DNA from: the human T2T-CHM13v2.0 reference genome, Homo sapiens
Assembly (NCBI RefSeq): GCF_009914755.1
Contig: NC_060947.1
Direction: 5' to 3' (one strand)
Length of the DNA stretch: 64,000 bases
The translations under genes and the position numbers were made by a program. The notes beneath the pieces were generated by a model, which did not search any database, was not told the origin of the DNA, and saw only the letters and a program-made list of their open reading frames with translations. Position 1 is the first letter of the stretch. Each line of letters opens with the position of its first letter. Below are positions 58,276-64,000 of the stretch, in pieces.

Positions 58276-58655
58276 GTAGTGGATGCAGTTGGTACCCTAC
58301 CTAAATCTCCTTTGAACTCCTTCCAAACTTATCCCCTTAGCTGTTGACAAATCACTGGTGCCACCTTCTCTGGAGATTTGTCCCTGAAAACCTCTGCCAA
58401 TGAATGACCAACAAGGGGATACAAAAGGCAGCCCCCATAAGTCAAGGTGGGACTAATTCTGTGGTACCACCTTGTTCCAGAGCTTCCCCTTGTGACCAGA
58501 TCAAAACTAGTCTCTAGCTGAGACCACATCCTTGTTTAACTCCTCTGACTTCCTGCTCAATTCTACTTTCCTCCTTCCCCTTCTTCCAGGAGCACTCCCC
58601 CAACAAATCATTTACACAACAACTCCTTCTTCTTTCTGGCTCTGCTTCCTAAGAT
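58276..58655 (+). mobile_element. LTR16-like ERVL LTR
   Basis: tgtagtggatgc...aaggtgggactaattctgtggt...gagcactccccaacaaatca...gctctgcttcc. Confidence 0.7.
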
Positions 58656-59530
58656 GGGAGCTTTAAGCTATTTAAATAAATTAATTTACATATAGACTAT
58701 GATCAGTTAACATATTCTTTAAATTGTATGTGTATTCCTTTAGAGTTTTTTCAGTTACTGCTGGTTGTTAGTTATTCCCTCCACCATCAAGCACATAATG
58801 GAGGGGTTTAATGCCTATGATTTGAAGGGCTAGAGGTTATAGGTGGCTGATTTTCTCCAGATGAAGAAGTTGTGGACATTCTTCTTTCCCATTTTAGGTT
58901 GTCTGCCTCTATCTGTCCCTGCTGTTTCTACTCTTCATGGTTATTGTTGCTGAGCATTCCTTCTCAGAACATTGCCTATCTCCTCATTCCACCATCTTCT
59001 CTTTTTTTATTGCTTGGCCTCCAAAGCCAGTATCACTGATGTTGAGTACGGGGACATGATTAGAATTATCATGGGGAAATAGACCAATTTCAGCATACTA
59101 AGGCTCTCACTCAGATGGAATGTAAACTATTAGGCATTTGTCCAAGTGGTTTCAAAGGAGCAGTGCCTCATCTATGCCAGGCGCTTGGAAAACACTCTGC
59201 ATATCTCTTTTAAAATGAGCAGATGGAGAGGGGCCTATAGCCACCCTGAAACAGCTGAAAAACTAGCTTTTTGCTCCTAAGTGTCTCCAAAGACCTAGGC
59301 TGCATCAATGTGATGCAAATTGGCAACAGGGCCACTACTTCACCATAAATGCAGGGTAATCCTCTGCACTGAGGGGACGTCACTCTGGTTCCATGGTGTG
59401 CCCCACGGTTTGGTTACTGGGCTCCCAGGTACCAGTGGGGCAGGCTTGACAGCTGCTCAGTCAGCATGGTTCCTTGGTGCTAGGCTGGTGGCAACATTTC
59501 CTCAAAGCACATTCCAACAGGTCCCCTTAC

Positions 59531-59609
59531 CAGCTTGTCATGAGATAAGACTTTTCCATTGCTTGGTGGATAGCTCTGCTGGCTTGTGTTCAGGTGCTGG
59601 CCTCCCTTG
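59531..59609 (-). other. Candidate minus-strand exon (79 nt)
   Basis: On the - strand: atctttaacAG acceptor and CTG|GTAAGG donor, in unique DNA. Confidence 0.25.
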
Positions 59610-60639
59610 CTGTTAAAGATTTTGCACAAGGTAGTCCTCACCATTTTAAAGAAACCTTCCTTTTTTTCCTCTCTCCTCCCTTCAAGCTTGGTCCAGAGAG
59701 ATGGATCTGCTGAATTTGTCACTGCTCTTTGACACTGATTTAGACTGTATATGGCCTTACATAGCTGGAGTAGAAACAGGAGGTAGGATTTTCCCGGTTC
59801 AGACCTCGAGGCTCAGGGACTCTTGGTCTGTCCCTCTCCTATATCTAGAGACAGTCGTTTAGGTCTCAGCATGGACCTGCACAGAATGCAGTGAAAAACA
59901 AGTTTCTTTTGCTCCTCTGTAGTTTAAGAGTCAAAGATCTCAAGCGACATTCTTGAAAAGGATTCCCCGGTCAGATGCCCAGGGAATGTAGCATCTGGAT
60001 GATTGCCACAGTTTGCAGGGTAGCACCTAAGGCTGCGCTCTTGGGGTGGGTAGTGTGTGCCTTGGGGCCTATGTGAAAGGCCTGGCTATGGGGGTCCTCG
60101 TGTTTCAAAAGCACTCAGGGAAGATAAACAGTAACTGTGTGATCTTTATTGTTACATCAAGGAATTCACTTGAGAAAATTCAGCAGGAATAGAGTTGGCT
60201 GAGGACAGAATTTTCGAAACCCTTTTCTTGTTTTCACTGAGCAAAGTCCCAGTTGCAGCAATAGTTTCTGTCATTTGCACTTGAGCTTGGGAGGAGTAGA
60301 AGACACTTTGCTAACATTCCAAAAGCCTCAGACAATGTTGGTGAGGGAGAGAGGATGAGGGGCTGTGTGGTGTTGATTTCTTGCAGAAAATGAAATCATA
60401 AGAGAGACATACAGAAAGGGCCCTGTGAGAAGAATGCATAGAGGAGATTCTACATGAGTAGTTCCTGCAGCTGGTGCAGCTGAGTGCAGAGGAAAGTCAC
60501 TTTTCCAAAGGCCCTCATGCTATAGTTGGGGTTACAGTTTCTACGGGAGAGAACCCACAGCCTTCCCAAATGTCTTCTCCTTCTCCTCCTTTGGTTTTTA
60601 AGTATCTCTTTATCCCCAAGACTTTGTCTGGAAGATCGA

Positions 60640-60890
60640 CAAATCAATAGAAAAGTTACAAAAGCAGTATAATGAACAATTAGATAGGCATCTTCAATTA
60701 GATTTACCAATTGTTAGTATTTTGTGACATTTGCTGAAAGTTAGTTGGAGATATTGTATCACTTTTCTTGCAAATACTTCAGATGGCATTACCTAAGAAC
60801 AAGGACATTTTCGTACATGCTCTGTACACAATTATCAGACTCAAAAAAATTAGCATTAATACAATTCTGTTATATATATAGATACATAGT
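60640..60890 (-). mobile_element. L1MC/ME 3' fragment
   Basis: atagaaaagttacaaaa...ccaattgttagtatttt...cctaagaacaaggacattt. Confidence 0.65.
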
Positions 60891-60892
60891 TG

Positions 60893-61349
60893 ATGCTATG
60901 GGTTGAATTGCATCTCCTACTCCCACCCAAAAGAAGATATGTTGGAGTTCTAACCCTCAGAATGAGACCTTATTTGGAAACGGGATCACTGCAGATGGAA
61001 TTAGTTAGGATGAGGTCATACTGGGCCCCTAATCCAATATGACTAGTTTTCTTATAAGAAGACAGCCACATAAAGACAGAGACACACAGGGAGAACGCCA
61101 TCTGACCAAGGAGGCAGAGACTGGAGTGATGTAGCTGCAAGCCAAGGAATGTCAAGGATTGCTGGCCAACTACCAGAGGCTAGGAAGAGGTAAGGAAGAA
61201 TTCAAAGAAGAGAACATGGCCCTGCCAACATCTTGATTTTGGACTTCTTCCAACCAGAACTGGGAGACGAGAAATTTTTGCCATTTTAAGTCACTCAGTT
61301 TGTGGTACAGTATTTTTTTTTTTTACAGCAGTCCTAGGAAACTAATACA
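60893..61349 (+). mobile_element. MaLR LTR (MLT1C-like)
   Basis: tgctatgggttgaattg...gaccttatttggaaa...gcaagccaaggaatg...cagcagtcctaggaaactaataca. Confidence 0.9.
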
Positions 61350-61358
61350 GTCCATGAT

Positions 61359-61590
61359 TGCCATAGTTTGTATGTTTGTCCCTGCAAACCTCAGAGTAAA
61401 ATTTGATGACCAATATTGGCAGTGGGGCCTAATGGGAGTTGTTTGAGTCATGGAGGTGGATCCTCATGAACGGATTAATGCACTTGGTTGGAGGAATGAG
61501 AGTTCTCACTTTTATTAGTTCTAATGAGAGCTGGTTGTTAACAAGAACCTGACACATCCTCTCACTCTCTCTTGCTTCCTCCCTCCCTCC
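61359..61590 (+). mobile_element. MST-family MaLR LTR 5' part, cut by an L1
   Basis: tgccatagtttgtatgtttgtccc...gtggggcctaatgggagttgtttgagtcatggaggtggatcctcatgaa. Confidence 0.85.
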
Positions 61591-64000
61591 TTTTTAAAAC
61601 TTTTTTAAATTTTTGTGGGTACATAGTAGGTGTATATATTTATGGGTTATATGAGATATTTAGATACAGGCATGCGAAGCATAATAATCAAATCAGGGCA
61701 AATAAGATACCCATCACCTGAAGCATTTATCTTTTGTGTTTGAAACAATCCCATTATATACTTTCAGATATTTTAAAACATACAATTAAATTATTTTTTA
61801 CTATAGTCACCCTATTGTCTTAGCAAATACTAGATTTATTTATTTTTCTATTTTTCTGTACCCATTAACTACCCTTCATCCCTCCCCCATCCCCCATCTA
61901 TCCTTCTCAGCCTCTGGTAGCCATCCTTCTACTCTCTATCTCCAGGGGTTCAATTGCTTTAATTTTTGGCTCCCACAGATTAGTGAGAAACTGCAATGAT
62001 TGTCTTTCTGTGCCTGGCTCATTTCACTTAACGTAATGAACTCCAGTCCCACCCATATTGTTGCCAATGACAGGATCTCATTCTTTTTATGGCTCAATAA
62101 TCTACATTGTGTATATCCGCCACATTTGCATTATCCATTCATCTATTGATGGGCATTAAGTTTGCTCCCAAATCTTGTCTATTGTGAAGAGTGCTGCAAT
62201 AAGCATGGCAGTGCGGATATTTCTCCAACATACTGGTTTCCTTTCTTTTGGATATATATCTAGGAGTGCTGGATTATATGGTAGCTCTATACTTAGCTTT
62301 TTAAGGAACCTCCAAACTGCTCTCCATAGTGGTTGAACTAATTTACATTCCCACCAACAGTGTACAAGGGTTCCCTTTTTGCTGCGTTCTCACCATTTTT
62401 TTTGCCTGTGTTTTGGATAAAAGCCATTTTAACTGGGGTGAGACGGTATCTCATTGTAGTTTTAATCTGCATTTCTCTGATGATCAGTGATGTTGAGTGC
62501 CTTTTCATATGCCTGATTGCCATCTGTATGTCTTCCTTTGAGAAATGTCTATTCAAATCTTTGGCCCACCTTTAAATTGTATTATTAGTTTTTTACCTAT
62601 AGAGTTGTTTGAACTCCATAAATATTCTGATTATCAATCCCTTGTCAGATGGGTAGTTTGCAAATATTTTCTACCATTCTGTGGGTTGTTCCTTCACTTT
62701 GTTGATTATATCCTTTGCTGTGCAGAAGGCTTTTGGCTTGATGTGATCCCAATTTGTCCATTTTTGCTTTGGTTTTCTATGCCTGTGGGTTATTGCTCAA
62801 CATATCTTTGCCCAGTCCAAAGTCCTGGAGGGTTTCCCCAATGTTTTCTTGTAGTAGTTTCATAGTTTGACATCTTAGATTTAAGTCTTTAATCTATCTT
62901 GACTTGATTTTTGTATATGGTTAGAGACAGTGGTCTAGTTTCATTAATCTGCATAAGGATATCCAATTTTTCCAGCACCATTTATTGAAGAGATTGTCTT
63001 TGGTTACCATAGCTCTGTACTATAATTTGAAATCAGGTAACGTGATTCTTCCAGTTTTTTCTTTGTGCTTAGGATAACTTTGACTATTCTAGGTCTTTTG
63101 TAGTTCCACATAAATTTTAGGACTTTTTTTCTGTTTGTGAAGAAAGTCATTGGTATTTTGATAGGGACTGCATTAAATCAAGATTCCTTTGGGTAGTATG
63201 GACAGTCTAACAATATTGAGTCTTCCAATACATGAGCATGGAATATCATTCCAGTTTTCTTGTGTCCTCTTTGATTTTTTGCATCAATGTTTTATACTTT
63301 TTAATGTAGGAATCTTTCACTTCTTTGATTAATTTAATTTCTAGGTATTTTATGTTATTTATAGTTATAGTAAAAAGGATCACTTTTTAAAATATCTTTT
63401 TCAAATTGTTTGCTGTTGGCATGTAAAAATGCCACTGATTTTTGTATGTTGATTTTGTATCCTGAAACTTTACCAAATTTATCATTTCTAATAGTTTTCT
63501 TGTGGAGTCTAGGTTTTTCCAAATATAAGATCATATCTTCTACAAACAAGGATAATTTGACTTTCTCCTTTCCAATTTGAATGCCCTTTATTTCCTTCTC
63601 TTGTTTGATCACTCTAGCTAGGACTTCCAGTACTATGTTGCACAACAGTGGTGAAAGTGGACATCCTTGTCATGTTCCTGATCTTACAGGAAAGGCTTTC
63701 AGTTTTTCCCCATTCAGTATGATAATAGCTTTGGGTCTTTCATATATAGCTTTTATTATGTTGAGATATGTTCCTTCTATATCCAGTTTTTTTGAGGGTT
63801 TTTATCATGAAGGGATATTGAACTTTATCAAGTGTTTTTCAGCATAAATTGAAATGATCATATGATCTTTGTCTTTCATTCTGTTGATATATCACACTGA
63901 TTGATTTGTGTATGTTGAACCATCCTTGCACTCCTGAGATAAATCCCACTCGGTCACGATGAATAACCTTTTTAATGTGTTGTTGAATTCAGCTTGCTAG
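61591..64000 (-). mobile_element. L1 (L1MA/L1PB-age) 3' UTR and ORF2, running off the window
   Basis: Antisense 3' end tttttgtgggtacatagtaggtgtatatatttatggg. ORFs 62338 ([18 protein letters not shown]) and 63355 ([33 protein letters not shown]). Confidence 0.95.

Overview
Primate (most likely human) nuclear DNA. It is AT-rich, has no CpG island, and by eye is mostly transposable-element fossils: L1, L2, MIR, Alu/FAM/FLAM, ERV1/ERVL/MaLR LTRs, and hAT and TcMar DNA transposons. I recognise no intact protein-coding gene and no RNA gene. The ORF track is almost entirely Alu, L1 or L2 debris and chance ORFs. Best-supported structures: (1) a two-LTR, non-coding MER4-family provirus (6972-14492, TSD ACAT) carrying a nested antisense solo LTR and an Alu; (2) a ~350-bp polyadenylated, TSD-flanked insertion that matches no active element I recognise (14845-15199); (3) a twin-primed L1; (4) a BLACKJACK-type hAT transposase fossil whose ERxFS motif was hit twice at the same site; (5) a 1.2-kb palindromic AT minisatellite; (6) a MER51B-like provirus deleted down to LTR plus leader. 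The unique DNA at 28.3-33.9 kb holds a chain of well-formed + strand exon candidates that could be a lncRNA or a decayed gene; I cannot name it. Subfamily names come from memory of consensus sequences, and boundaries of old elements are approximate. I see no clear evidence of a novel biological system.
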